From NCBI GenBank assembly GCA_054600435.1, contig BAAIJX010000020.1:310001-374000 (forward strand): a DNA stretch of 64,000 nucleotides. The letters are read 5' to 3'. The notes below the pieces were generated by a model. The model saw nothing but the letters and a program-made list of their open reading frames with translations. It did no database searches and was not told the origin of the DNA. The position numbers were made by a program, and so were the translations under genes. This document shows, in pieces, positions 1-12,206 of this stretch; within the stretch, counting starts at the first letter, position 1; every line of letters starts with the position of its first letter. The DNA is from Neophaeotheca triangularis. Taxonomy: Eukaryota.

Positions 1-1041
1 ACGGTAAAAAGCGAGGGGTAGTTCGATGGGGAGTTGTGCTCATTCGTTTTCTTGAAGCGGAGGGGGTTTGCGAGGGATTCGAGCCAGGAGCCGCTGGGAG
101 ATGGGATAGAGGGAGAGGAAAGGGAAATAGTGGAGGAAGAGGGGAAACAATAGCGGGAGTAAAGGGGGAGGGACGGGGAAAGGTTGGCAGTTGGAGGCTA
201 GTGGTTGAGGGGTGGAGTGAGAGGGAAACAACGATGGGATAGTAGGCGGATATTCCAAGAGACGAGGAGGGAATAGCGGGAAGGCAGGGAGGGGAAAAGG
301 GTGAAGAAAGATGTCTGGAGATGAGACCGTGGAGATGATGGAGTAGAGAAGGTTCAGGGCCAGAGGTGGATCAAAAGAATCCACAGCCGGGTGTACGGGA
401 AACTCGAGTCAACGGTTATAGAAACCCCGAATAGAAAACGAGAGAATCGAGAAGAGAAAAGGGGCATCGTCTTGTGAAGTGAAAAGAAAGCGATGATGGA
501 AGGAAGCCCGGTCGGTTCGCGTGAAGGTTATTATGATATGATGATATACATGCAGCACTACTTGTTCGTAGCGCTCGGTGCTTGGTGGTGCTAGTAGTGC
601 TAGTAGTGCAAATTGCAGGTGCCAGTGTCGGTGCCAATGCCAGTGCGAAAGCGCAGACAAATTGTATCGACGCATGAGCGCCCTCCTGGCTCGCGCGATT
701 GGACATCCATGTGTGCAGTGTGCAGGGCAGTGCGTAGTGTGCAAAGTGCAGAATGCAGCGGATGGGGTGGTGCGGTGTGCTATGATATGCGGAGTGCAAC
801 ATAGGACAGCGCAGTGCTATCCCCCAACCCGGCGCATCCAGCTCTTTCACTTTCCCCATGTTTGAACGCCAAACGCCCCTATTAATGCTTCCGAAGCCCC
901 TCTTAATCCATTCGCATTTCATGAATATCGTGAACATTGTCCACCAAACCATATTCACACCGATTACAACCATGAACAAGCCATTGTAGTGCAATGAGAA
1001 AGGCAGGCAGCCGCAAGGCAGTGCAGTGACAGGAGGAAAAC

Positions 1042-2643
1042 TCACTTCCCGTACCTGAACTCGCCAAAACCGCCTCCAGCACCAGCACCAGGTCCGAAAT
1101 GCACGCCTCCCGGTCCAGGAGTCGTGTTGTTGAGGCCGGCGTGAGTGTTGGTGGGAGTGCTAGGGTTGTTGTGAGGAGTGTAAGCTGCGCTCCCGCCCTG
1201 CAAACCACTGGAGGCAGCAGTAACGCCATTGGGGAGAGGTGTGCCTTGAGCGGCGAAGAACTCGTCGCGGTATTGCTGGGAAGCGGGCGCGGGGACTCCG
1301 TGGAGACCATAGATCTGGTCGGCGAGCTCGAGAGGGAGGTTGTTCTTGAACATCTTCGCGCGCATGGCCCAGAATACGGAGCCCGTGAGCCAAGCGTCGG
1401 AGCCACCAGTGTGGGCGGGCCCGACGCGCTGGCAACCAAGCTCGTCGGCTAAGTCTTGCAGGCCGGACTTTTGTCCTAGAGTTTCGAGGACGCGGACGCC
1501 GTCGGGGGAGAGTTGATTTTGTGCGCGGAGACGTTGTGCGTGGCGGAGGAGGAACTTGATGTCCCAGAGTTTGGGGAAGAAGGTGCGAACTTTGTCGAAG
1601 AAGTCGTCCTGATGAGCGGGCAGGGCGTCGGCGGAGAGGAGTTTGATGAGGTAGCCAAAGTCGTAACCGGAGTGGAAGCTCAGCCAGTTGACGTCGTCCA
1701 TGAAAACTAAACCGGAGTCCATGAGGGTAGCACCGAACGCATTCAGATCGATGCCTTGCTCTGTGTGTTTTTGAAAGTTGACACCGGACTTGGTGAGGAG
1801 ATCGATGGAAGGACCAGAGTACATGTCGTTTTCGAGATCGAACTCAAAGTTGAAGACCCAGGTGCAAGGGATGTACATGAGGTTGTTCTGGTAGTGGGTG
1901 GATTTGGCGTAGCTGCGTGGGAGGATGGATGGGTCGGCTTGATGTGGCGGGAGGTCGCCTTCCGTGGACCAAAGGGTGATGCCAAGTTGGATAGGTTTGA
2001 GGATATCGACATTGCAGCGGAGGGTTTGGTAGTGGTACTCGGCTTTGCTGCCTGCGAAGTTTCCGATTGGACGGGCGACTATGCCTGGGAATTCGGCGTC
2101 CTGAAGGTAACAATTAGCTGCAGTCAATTACTGATGTAGGGTATGTGTACTCACCATAGAAACGTAGGGGTACTTCAGGATGAGCTGCCTGATTATGACC
2201 ATCTCGGCCGCCAAATTGTGCCTCCAGACTTCACGTATCCTTCCAGCAGCACCACTCTTCATCCCCATGCTAGCAGCATCAGCCTGATGCGCCGTGTGTT
2301 CTTGCATCGCTGCTCCTCTGGCGAAACCCTGCTGCGCGGCCACAGAAGCCAGACCTTGTCCTTGACCCCTCACCATACCAGCGGACCCAAAGGAAGCGCT
2401 ACCAGTACCCGCACCAAAGGCTGAACCGCCATAACTACCCGAAGGCGCGAATGGTGATATGCCGCCGTTGAGGGTCGAGCTAGAGAAGCCATTTCCACCG
2501 GCCGGCGCAGCGTTGGCGTTAAAGGGGAGAGATTGCGATGGGTAGTGGGAGCCTTGCTGAGGAACAGAATTTTGCGAAGGGTTCAGGTGGGCGAAAGGGT
2601 TAGACATATGGGAAGGATGCATGCGCCCCAAGGCGGGAGGCAT
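1042..2643 (-). CDS. CAF1: CCR4-NOT deadenylase subunit Caf1/Pop2 (CNOT7-like DEDD nuclease); 2 exons (2643-2155, 2100-1042)
   Basis: Spliced IREVW..NL..E...IRQLI.KYPYVSM|DAEFPG motif, plus YHYQTLRCNVDILK.IQLG, WLSFHSGYDFGYL and H..GSD. GT-AG intron 2154-2101. Confidence 0.95.
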
Positions 2644-3145
2644 GTTGGAGCGGCGTGAACCTAGCCCTGGCAAGCGAAGGGGTTCGCGAAAAGTTTGGGA
2701 CGTTGGTGGGGGTCGGTAGCCTGGGTAGTCGCGGAAGGTGAGGTTGCGGAGTTGCGCTACCCCTTGAGAGGTGGATTCGAAAGCTCCGGTGTGTCGCGGT
2801 ACGTTGGATAGATCAGGTAAATGGAGGTCGTTACTGGAGTAGTCGTCGTCGTCACCTTCGTCGTCTAGCTCTGGCAAGTAGGTGTAACTCCTTGGGTAGT
2901 CGCGGTCGGATACGGAACACGCAGTGGGGGACCCTCTGCTGTTTGGATAGACCGGTAGTGAGGAGTTCCTCGACACTTGGAGTGGTTCGCGGTTAGTGTT
3001 GAGCTAAGAATCGAGTGGACGAGCTGGATGCGGGATGGCCGTCTACTCTTCAAGATGTCGGAGCTGGGCGGAGCTGGGCTGGGCGGAGCGGTGTGAAGGT
3101 GGTGGTGGTGGTGAGCGCAATAGTGATATGGCGACTGTAGAGAAG

Positions 3146-3175
3146 GGTGGTGGTGGTGGTGGTGGTGGTGGTGGT
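3146..3175. repeat. (GGT)10 microsatellite in the CAF1/NDUFB3 divergent intergenic region
   Basis: Ten perfect GGT units read directly. Confidence 0.95.
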
Positions 3176-3517
3176 GGCGGTACTGGAGTGTTGTCGCGGT
3201 AGAAGTGAAGAGGTGCAGGTAAGGTACTAGTAACTAGGCCAGGTAGGTAGCAGTCAGGTAAGCTAGGTAAGTGCCAGGCCAGCAGAGCCGCAAGTCTTGG
3301 CGATCGCGGAGAGAGCAGCTGCGCATCGCCGACGATGTGAGACCGGAGGAAGCCATTGACTACAACTACATAGTACACACACTCGGCCTCGCTGTCGCTA
3401 GATAACCACAAGGTAGGTACGACAGTCAATCACTTCCGGTCTACCTATTCTATACCTTCCAGGTTACCTTGACCACGCAAACACTGACCATCCCTAGTCT
3501 CTTCATCATCATACACA

Positions 3518-3841
3518 ATGCCTCCCCGCCAAAACCTCACCGGCTTCGACCCGCAAAAGTTCGCCGCTTCCTCTGGCCAACCTCGCAACGACCCATGGGC
3601 GAGATAGTACGTCCAAGCTATCTTCTATCTTTCAGCGCGGTTCAACGATCAACGAAATACTAACGCACTCTCCAGCGAAGCATGGCGCTACACAGGCCCT
3701 TTCACACGCTTTAACCGATTCAAGAGCGCTTTCCCGGGACTCGGCATTGCGACGGTGGCTTTTGCCGGGTACTTGGTTGCTGAACAGATCTTCTTCAAGC
3801 CGGAACACCACGGAGAGGGACATGGGGAGGGACACCACTAG
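3518..3841 (+). CDS. NDUFB3: NADH:ubiquinone oxidoreductase B12 subunit (NDUFB3/NB2M); 2 exons (3518-3606, 3676-3841)
   Basis: Manual splicing (GTACGT...CTAAC...CAG) gives MPPRQNLTGFDPQKFAASSGQPRNDPWARYEAWRYTGPFTRFNRFKSAFPGLGIATVAFAGYLVAEQIFFKPEHHGEGHGEGHH. DPW.R.EAWRY and FPG are B12-family hallmarks. Absent from the ORF track. Confidence 0.93.
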
Positions 3842-4675
3842 AATGGTGGAGTTGTAGAGGGAATTGAAGGGGGGAAACGATTGGGGTTTGGGTGTTTACA
3901 TTGCAGGGCGTTTATGGAGTCGGGGGAATTTGCTTGGTAGAAGACGTGATGGATGGTGGGAGGCAGAGGATAAAGACGCTGCGTATGGAAGGTGCAGTAG
4001 GGAGTAGACGAGGCGTGAGGACTACATTAGAGCCGTTGGAATGAGGCTGAAAAAGACGTTGTATGTGTAAAGCGATGCCTGAACTCTCAGCTCGGTGTAC
4101 ACATTGCAAACCCGTGAGCGACGTTTGGTAGACTCTAGGTACTCAAGTCGTCCTCGCGAGAGTAACAACGGCAACATATGGCTTGCGTTGCCGCATGGAT
4201 CAATGAAATATTGATTGAACCCCGTGAATGTTGAATCAATTGCTCGTTCCCCCGCAAAGTCCGAGCCGCCCCCACGCACGAGAGGCGACTTCAAGTGAGA
4301 GCCGAGCGGGAAACTCGACGACCAGCATCAATCGACCAGACGACACAATCAATCTTCACTCACCACTCACCCTCCCTCGCAAGCAGCTTGTTCGCATATC
4401 ATACCTATTCACCGCTATAGCACCTGACGTCAATCCATTCATTCACCCTCCCCCAATGGCCGAACCCTGAACTCACCTTTCCTCTCCGCTCCGGTATGAG
4501 CGCACGACCTCGACGTCCAACCTCACCGACTCGACCCTCGACCCTCCAGTCTGATATCTTAATCGCTTAAGGACGAAAGAAAGACAGCAAGAAAGAAAGA
4601 CAAATTGCCAAATCGCCAAATCTACACAACGAATAACACACTGCCACTACTCCCTCCGCCAATTCCCCCCCAACC

Positions 4676-5701
4676 ATGCCTCGAGTCTACCCACCTCTCG
4701 AAGGGCGGCAACCGACAGTAGCAATATCGCCCTCGCTCGTCGAATCTACCGCCGGCTTCACCGCAGGCATAGTCAGCACGCTCGTCGTCCACCCCTTCGA
4801 CGTGATCAAAACGCGCCTCCAAATCGAAGCCCACAGCCCCTCAACCCCCCACCCACGCAACTCCTGGCACATAATCCGCACCATCGCCTCCGAAGCCCGA
4901 TACGCGCACACTCCAAAACTTGCAACCAGCGACGTCACGCGCGCCTTCTACCGCGGCCTCATGCCCAACATGCTCGGCAACTCCATCAGCTGGGGCCTCT
5001 ACTTCATGTGGTACGGCAAGATCAAAGACCTAATCCGGCAAACCCGCATCGCAACCCACCACCAACACGGCCCCAACAACACCGCCCTCAACAGCAGCGA
5101 CTACTTCCTCGCCTCCGGATTATCCGGCATCCTCACCGCTGTCTTTACAAACCCCATCTGGGTGATCAAAACCCGCATGCTCTCCACGGCCCGCAACACC
5201 CCCGGCGCCTACACCAGCATCCTTCACGGGACCAGCGCTCTCTACGCTTCCGAAGGTCTTCGCGGCTTCTACCGCGGCCTCCTCCCCTCCCTCTTCGGCG
5301 TCTCCCACGGCGCAATCCAGTTCATGGCCTACGAACAGCTCAAAAACCACTGGTCGCACTCCCGATCCAACGGCCTCGCAGGCCTCACAAATCTCGATTT
5401 CCTCACCCTCTCCGCCGTTTCCAAAATGTTCGCCGGCACAATCACATACCCTTACCAAGTCGTGCGGGCGCGCTTGCAGACCTACGACGCTCAGACAAGA
5501 TATCGCGGGGCCGCGGACGTGGTTAAGCAGGTTTGGAGGGCTGAGGGGACGCGCGGGTTTTATAGGGGTTTGGGTCCGAACTTGGTCAGGGTCGTGCCTA
5601 GTACTTGTGTGACGTTTTTGGTTTATGAGAATTGTAAGTTTTATTTGCCAAGGTTTTTCGCAGATGAGGAGGCGGTTGAGGGCTTGGTTGAGGGGGCTTG
5701 A
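4676..5701 (+). CDS. Mitochondrial carrier, FAD/folate transporter (Flx1/SLC25A32-like)
   Basis: Three PxD/ExxK/RxR-type carrier repeats (HPFDVIKTRLQ, NPIWVIKTRM, YPYQVVRARLQ) plus SWGLYF and GVSHGAIQFMAYE. Confidence 0.9.
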   Translation: MPRVYPPLEGRQPTVAISPSLVESTAGFTAGIVSTLVVHPFDVIKTRLQIEAHSPSTPHPRNSWHIIRTIASEARYAHTPKLATSDVTRAFYRGLMPNMLGNSISWGLYFMWYGKIKDLIRQTRIATHHQHGPNNTALNSSDYFLASGLSGILTAVFTNPIWVIKTRMLSTARNTPGAYTSILHGTSALYASEGLRGFYRGLLPSLFGVSHGAIQFMAYEQLKNHWSHSRSNGLAGLTNLDFLTLSAVSKMFAGTITYPYQVVRARLQTYDAQTRYRGAADVVKQVWRAEGTRGFYRGLGPNLVRVVPSTCVTFLVYENCKFYLPRFFADEEAVEGLVEGA

Positions 5702-6431
5702 AGAACGCGCAATGGGAAAGAGGTCCTTTTGGGTGTTTTGATCGATGAGGCGGAGTTGAGGGGGCTCTTTTTTCTTGACATAAATGGCTGTGAAGAATCG
5801 GCGCTGCGGTGTCCAGACTGGGGCTTTGAGTGTTTCGGGGAGGCTGATACCTTCGCGGGTGGAGTTCGAAAGCGCATGGTTACGGCGTTTCTTTTCGCTT
5901 ACCGCTTGAGCGTTTCCGAATCACACGACAGCCGACCGACTTTGTCGACGGCTACTGGCTTTCATTTCCTCCACAATGTAACCCCGAACAGCGAACTGGG
6001 CGCTATTTTCAGTTGGATTTGCACTTGCACATAGATCGACGAACTGCGACGACCACAAGGCAAGAGTGGGATAGACGGCGCTTTTTCTCCTCATCTTTTC
6101 TTTCTCTGTTGAAGGTTTAGCTGGCTAGCTATGAGCTTGGGTGTGCAAAGGAGGGAATGTACATAAGTTTTGTCACTACGAAATGAGGGAGGGAGTCTGC
6201 GTTGATAAGGCAGAGGAGGCGGACTTCGTGGCAAGGGAGATTGACTGCGATGACGGAGGAGTTGTATCAATTTTCGCTTCTCAATTCAAAACGCTGTCCC
6301 TGGTTCTTGAGCAACCGTCTATCTATACCCTCGCTCCAAAGCTGGTAGAAAAGAGCGCCTCTAAACGCCTACGCTGGCTTCGTCCAACACACCTAACACC
6401 CTACTCTCCACCCACAGCCATCTCCCCCAAG

Positions 6432-7539
6432 CTAAGCCTTCTCAAACAAATAATGGCAAACCCCCCACTCTTCACCCCCACCCCAGGCAAATAGCTCCGC
6501 GCAAGCCAAATAAAACACTTGCCAGCGATTCCACCACCTCGCGGCCTCGCCCTCGCCATACGTCTCCACCAACCCGGGCCAAACCTGCTCCTTCCGCTCC
6601 AACATGCGCGCCAACCACTGCTCGCAAGTTTTGGCATAATGCGCGCCGCTGACCCACCACTGTTTGCGCACCGTCAAGTGCTGCTGGAAAAACAACAGCA
6701 AGTCGGCCGAGGGCATGGTGCCGCCGGTGAAGAAGTGCTCGCTCATCCAGCCCGCGGAGAAGTCGTAAGGGGTGCTGCGGTGCGCGAAGAGGTGGACAAA
6801 CAGTTTCCCCCCGCTTTTGAGCAGCGTGTCGCATTTTTGCAACAGCAGCGAGTAGTTCTTCATGTGCTCGAACATTTCCACCGACAGGATGCGATCGTAC
6901 TGGTTCTGGAAGTCCGGGTTGTCGAAGGTGAAGGTGGCAATGTCGCCCGTGACGACGCGGAGGTTGGGCAGGTTCTTCGCTCTGGCCGTCTCGTCAATGT
7001 GCGCTTTCTGGGTGCGGCTGTTGCTGAAAGCGGTGATTTGCGCCGCCGGGAAGATTTCGGCCAGGTACAGGGAGAGACTGCCCCAGCCGCAGCCGAGATC
7101 GAAGATCTTCATGCCGTCGCGCAGTTCGGCTTTGGTCACGTAGTCTTCGAGCATGCGCATTTCGGCCGCGGCGAGGGTTTCGTTGCCTTTGGGGTACAGA
7201 CAGCAGGAGTATTTCATCCGGGGGCCGAGCGTGTTGGATAGCACTGAGGTGCCGACTTCGTAGTGTTGTTCGTTGGCGCTGGCGGTTTCGATGGCGATGG
7301 GCCGTGAGTGTAGGAGCTCGACGTAGCGCATTTTGGACTCGTAGGCTTCGGATAGGGAGGTCGTGGCGATGGATTGTAGGCGTTGGCTTAGTTGTTGTCG
7401 GATTCCGCGGCGGATTACGAAGTGCGGTAGGTAGCCGCCGTCCAGGAGGGTGTCGACTATTGTGTCTAGGGACTTTTGTTAGAGGATGGCATTGCAGGGG
7501 TTTGAAGGGGTGTTAATTGGGCAGCTTACCGTAGTCCAT
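6432..7539 (-). CDS. SAM-dependent methyltransferase, cyclopropane-fatty-acid synthase / coclaurine N-methyltransferase-like; 10-nt first exon (7539-7530), intron 7529-7466
   Basis: ANEQHYE, MKYSCC, DLGCGWGS, SNS..QK and EMFEHMKNY motifs. Splicing restores MDYDTIVDTLLDGGYLP N-terminus. Confidence 0.88.
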
Positions 7540-8019
7540 GTTTGACGATGGTGATTGGGGTCAAGGGGTTTTTGGACAAGGGGAGATTGGACTCGAGATG
7601 TTGTCCCGATTGCAACTGCAGGGTGAATGTAGAGGTCGGTGCCCGGTTTTTGGGTCTTTCAATGGCTAGATTGGTGTCAGGGTTGAGTTTTGGAGAATCT
7701 ATCCAACACATGTCGTCTGGCCTCAGCGCGCAAATTCCACGGTATACCGTGACGTCATGACTTTTCTATCGTGATTCGAATTGGAGTTACTAAACGAGGA
7801 ATCCATGGATAATAGTGAGAATTACAACTACTCCAAGAAGGACGATCGTCCATATCATTCCCTCGCTGCACGTTAAGGGAAAGCTACAACTTCATACAAA
7901 TTATGGGTAGAGTTGCATCAATATTAGGGAAAACCCCCTGTCGATCACTGCCGAGGTTTGAAGGTACTAGTCATGAATTCGTATCTACATATATTTATTA
8001 TCTGTTCAACCCCATAGAG

Positions 8020-9925
8020 TTAAAACGAAGCGTAATAGTCCTCCTTGATCCAATCAGCCGCCCTCTCAGCAATGGCATATACAGTCGTCTGGATGTTGGC
8101 CCGGGGCAGCAAAGGAACGACACTGGCATCCACCACTCTCAGACCCTCGATACCATAGACTTGCAACTTGTTGTTGACCACGCCGCCCTCGTTCTCGGGC
8201 ATCATGGCGCAAGTGCCCGCTGGGTGGTACTCAGACTGCATCAACCTCTTGACCTCGTGCTCGACGTTGTCTTCCGTCAACCAGACGTAGTCCGGCTGCA
8301 GGACGGTACCGTTGAGGGCGAAGTTGTCCGAGAGTGGTGCGGCGGCTCCCACGACGTTTTGAACGTGGAGAGCAATCTTGGACAGCATCTCCAAGTCAGC
8401 GGGATGCTCGAGGTAGTGCGGGTCGATGAGCGGGTGCTCGCTGGCGTTGGCGGAATGGATGTGGACGGTCCCACGTGAGAAGGGGTGTTCGAGGACGCCG
8501 AGGATGGTGAAGTAGTTGCCCTCGGTGGTGGCGGCGAAGAGCTCGGTTGTGTCGGCGGCCGTGGGTGTCATTCCACCTGCCGAGTTCATGTGCTGGGTCA
8601 CGGCTTCGTTGTTGCGGATGTAGTTGAGGATGGCGTCGTGTTGGCTCTTGAGGCCGGGTGTCTCACAGTTTGAGGTGGCGGAGACCGCGGTCTCGATCTC
8701 GTTGAGGAAGGACTCGTATTCGTCCGAGGGGAAGATCTGTTCCAGAGAGAGCAGGGCTCCGCCGAGTGCGACAATGGCAAGGGGACCGGTTGCGTTGCCG
8801 AGGTATTGCTCGTAAGCGGCCTCGTAGACGCTGTCATCGGCAAGGTCATCAAAGGTGAAGATGTCTGGGTTTGACACCTCGAAACCGAGAGGCATGTAGG
8901 GGTGGTCCTGGAGGTTCTCGCCTACGTTCGCGTTCTCGACAATCGTTTCAATGCCGGCATCTGCGAGGATGGTTTTGTTCCCCACGCCACTGAGTTCAAG
9001 TATTTGAGGCGATCCGAAGCTTCCGGCGCTGAGAAGAACTTCGCGAGTCGCTTCCACGCACCAGGTTGTACCGTTAACGATGAACTCGAGGCCTGTCGCT
9101 GCTGGCTTATCTTCGCCAGAGAGTATAATCTTGGATATCAAGGCATCAGTGATGACCTCCAAATTCTTGCGGTCCTTGATGGGGTTGAGGTAAGCGGTGG
9201 CGGAGTAAGAGCGAGTGAAGTTGGCTGCAGCATCAAGGTTGGTCTCGATGGTGTAACCACCGAGAGCAAGACCATCTCTAGGGTCGCCGTTTACTCCCAG
9301 CCCAATATTCTCATACGTCCTCGGCCAGGCCTCATCAAGCACACTATAGTGCGGGGGGAAAGAGTTGTGAATTTCCCCATCAAGCCCGTGAACGTCGATG
9401 TTAATGTAGTCGGTTTGTAGGTCCTCCACCACTCGTTGGGGTGGGCTTGTGAAGTTTTCGCTCTTCACGTAGTAGGGAGCGAGCTCATCCCAGCTCCATC
9501 CCTCGTTTCCGAGTTCACCCCATGAGTCGATGTTGCCTTGGGAAGCGTGCGTGTATGCAAGATAGTTGATGGCACTACTCCCACCCAGCTGCTTGCCGCG
9601 AGGGTGGCCAACGACCCGGTTGAAGATGTGTTCTTGGGGTACTGTGTGGTAGATCCAGTCGTATGTCGGGTCCCCATACAACGATGTCTTTTTTTTTTTT
9701 CACATGATTAGTGAATGTCAAGACAGTAAAGTGGAGGAAAGGGAAGTAACTTACCAAAAGTCCCGGCGCCAGGACATTCAGATCGTCAGAACGATCTACA
9801 CCCGCTTCAACGACCGCAACAGAGACTTCAGGAATCTCTGAGAGTCTTGCGGCGAGTGTGAGGCCAGCGGTGCCACCCCCGGCGATGACATAGTCGAAAG
9901 AGCCAACGGAGACAGCAGTGGACAT
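8020..9925 (-). CDS. GMC oxidoreductase (AA3_2-type, glucose dehydrogenase/aryl-alcohol oxidase-like); intron 9754-9688
   Basis: [15 protein letters not shown] motif, [38 protein letters not shown] and GLRVVDAS. Confidence 0.93.
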
Positions 9926-10159
9926 GATGAGAGGTTGTAAGGAAGGCGAACAAGATGAAGAGACGATCAGTAATGAGGCTCAACAAGAGGAGGAGAGGTG
10001 GAGGTTGATATACTTCAGCTATTAGGAGGTACCGGAGCCCTAGACCGACTAAAGGGTCATTTTGTTAGATGAGCCGCGTTGCTCTCTCATATTGATTGGA
10101 ATACAAGGGTCGCCGATCCTAAAAGCCCTCAATGCACTAACGCAATACCGCCCCTCCAC

Positions 10160-10620
10160 GTGCGTCTCTTCAGTGGGGCGTGATCGGTACACAGTTAGTA
10201 GTAGTTAAGAGGTCAAAGACAGTAATTATATACTAATAGTCCTCAATAATAATACAACGACGACACTGCTTTCATCAATAATGTCGTTAGCCGGCTTTAC
10301 ATGATTCGCCGAGAGGGTCAAAAAGGGAAGAGAGGACGCTACGCCAACGGTAGTAGTAGCAATTGAGCTCGCACGACTACTAGATCCTTCGAGCATGGCA
10401 AGAGAAAGACTACTAGGCCCGGAGCACGCCGAAGAGGGTAAGAATAATAATCTAACAACTACTGCAATCGGTAACTTTTCTTTCATGCCGGCAGTAGTAG
10501 TCTTTACAAATTCGTCCAACTGTCGTTGTTGATTGGGGCGTCGCCAGCCGTTCTACCTCCCCGGCCTGTCGAAGCTGAAGCCAAAATATCCGTCATCGAA
10601 GATATCACAACACACCTCCA
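10160..10620 (-). pseudogene. Possible RIP-degraded coding or repeat remnant
   Basis: TpA-rich patch (ACT ACT, AGT AGT, TTA TTA runs) inside a broken frame (..DIFDDGYFGFSFDRPGR*NGWRRPNQQRQLDEFVK..). No family recognised. Confidence 0.3.
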
Positions 10621-12206
10621 GGGCTACCTTAAGGCTCCCTAACGTTCAACCGAGCGGCAGATGCGCAGCGAGTCGTATCTCAAGTTCAACTTGACAACTA
10701 ATATGTTAGCCATGTAGACAGCAATTAGGTGTAAACATTATTTACAAGCCCTCGTTGTTAGAGGAATTGATGAAAAACCGACGGCGCCGACTGGATGGAA
10801 CGCTTTCCAAATCTCACTCGCATGACTCGCCCGGGGAGAAGCCAATCTGTGAACGAAATCTTTGCGGCAGTGGGCCCCGCAACGCCTTGTCCAAGACTCT
10901 AAGGTTGACTATTGTCCTCGCGTGCCCTTCTAAGACGTAGGTGTAGGTAGCCTCACGTCTATGACAGCAGGTCAGTTTCGACGTCGACTCACGAAGCACG
11001 AATGTCAAGACTTCGGCACACGCAAGTACTACCCAAGTAGACCATTGTTGCCAATGGATTTCCGATGTTGACCGGGAAATGTCTCGTACCGGGACTAGGT
11101 ACCGAAAAGTCGCTTCGCGTTGTAGAAAGAGCCGGACCTCTCCCGGCGTAGTGTGATGGATGAGATAGATTCCGGGCCGAGCACCACACTGATGACCTGA
11201 GTCCTGACCCTCACGCAGACCGACAGTTCGTCTCGCTTTCTAGGATGGACCAAGTTGTGTCATTTAACATTGAGGGCTGTCGGAAATTTCCTCTGCTCGC
11301 CTACGCTTTGCTTTCTCTCCGGTAACAACAAAGCATCCGCTGGGAAATTGGAAGACGCCAAGGTGAACTTGGTGAAGACAGATAATGACAGCGGGTCCTG
11401 CCGGAGTGGAGGAGTTTGAGAATCTTCTGTTAGGCTAGTTAGAGCTAGGATCACTGCCTCCTAACAATGGCGTGAGTCGCGTGGCCTATAGTGGACGAAG
11501 TTCAGACTCCGCACTGTGCAAGTTGCGGCTCATCGATGCTTCCTTTTAGGGTAGGGCCTACATGTATGTCATCAGAAGTTCTGCCGACATCAGGCGATGG
11601 TCCGCTGTTGGAACACTTCCGCTTTCAGGGTATTCTACCCGACATGCTGGGTGTGAGAAAATAGCTGATGCAGTCTTGAAACCTGTACAGCGAGAAAGAG
11701 AGCCTCGCCCTTTCACGATGGCTGTTCTTGAAGTTAGCAATGAGCATGCGAAGCACGATGCGAAAGGGCGACAAGAATAGCAAAGACAAACCCAGCCAGC
11801 TGCCGGGAAATCGTCAAACAGCGACAGCAACGTGAGAGCAAGGTCATGAGTAAAAATTGATAGCTAGTTTCAAGCTACAAAAGTTGAGATTCCAATCCGA
11901 GCTCCTATACCATTGAAGGTAGGCTGTTGTTACATCGTCGTTGCTAATCGTGAGTGGTGAAAGTTGGCCGAACTTTCCGCTATAGTATCATTTGGATATC
12001 AGATACTTGAATCACTAGTCGCCAAATACCACCGTAAGTCTTAAGTCCGTAGCGTCGCGTACTTTTGACGAGCCGCTTGAATAGATGCCAGGACTGCCCA
12101 TACTTCGTCGAATACCAATCTACGTGGAGCTGTTAGGTCCAGCATCGCAAGTTTCGCGGTCTGGAATGACTAGCTGCGACGGTCTTCAGCCCGTAGTGCA
12201 GAAAGT

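Noticed and set aside
5710..5930. Possible box C/D snoRNA (CGATGA...CTGA) downstream of the carrier gene
   Set aside because: Imperfect box C, no terminal stem and no recognisable rRNA guide. Consistent with 3' UTR.
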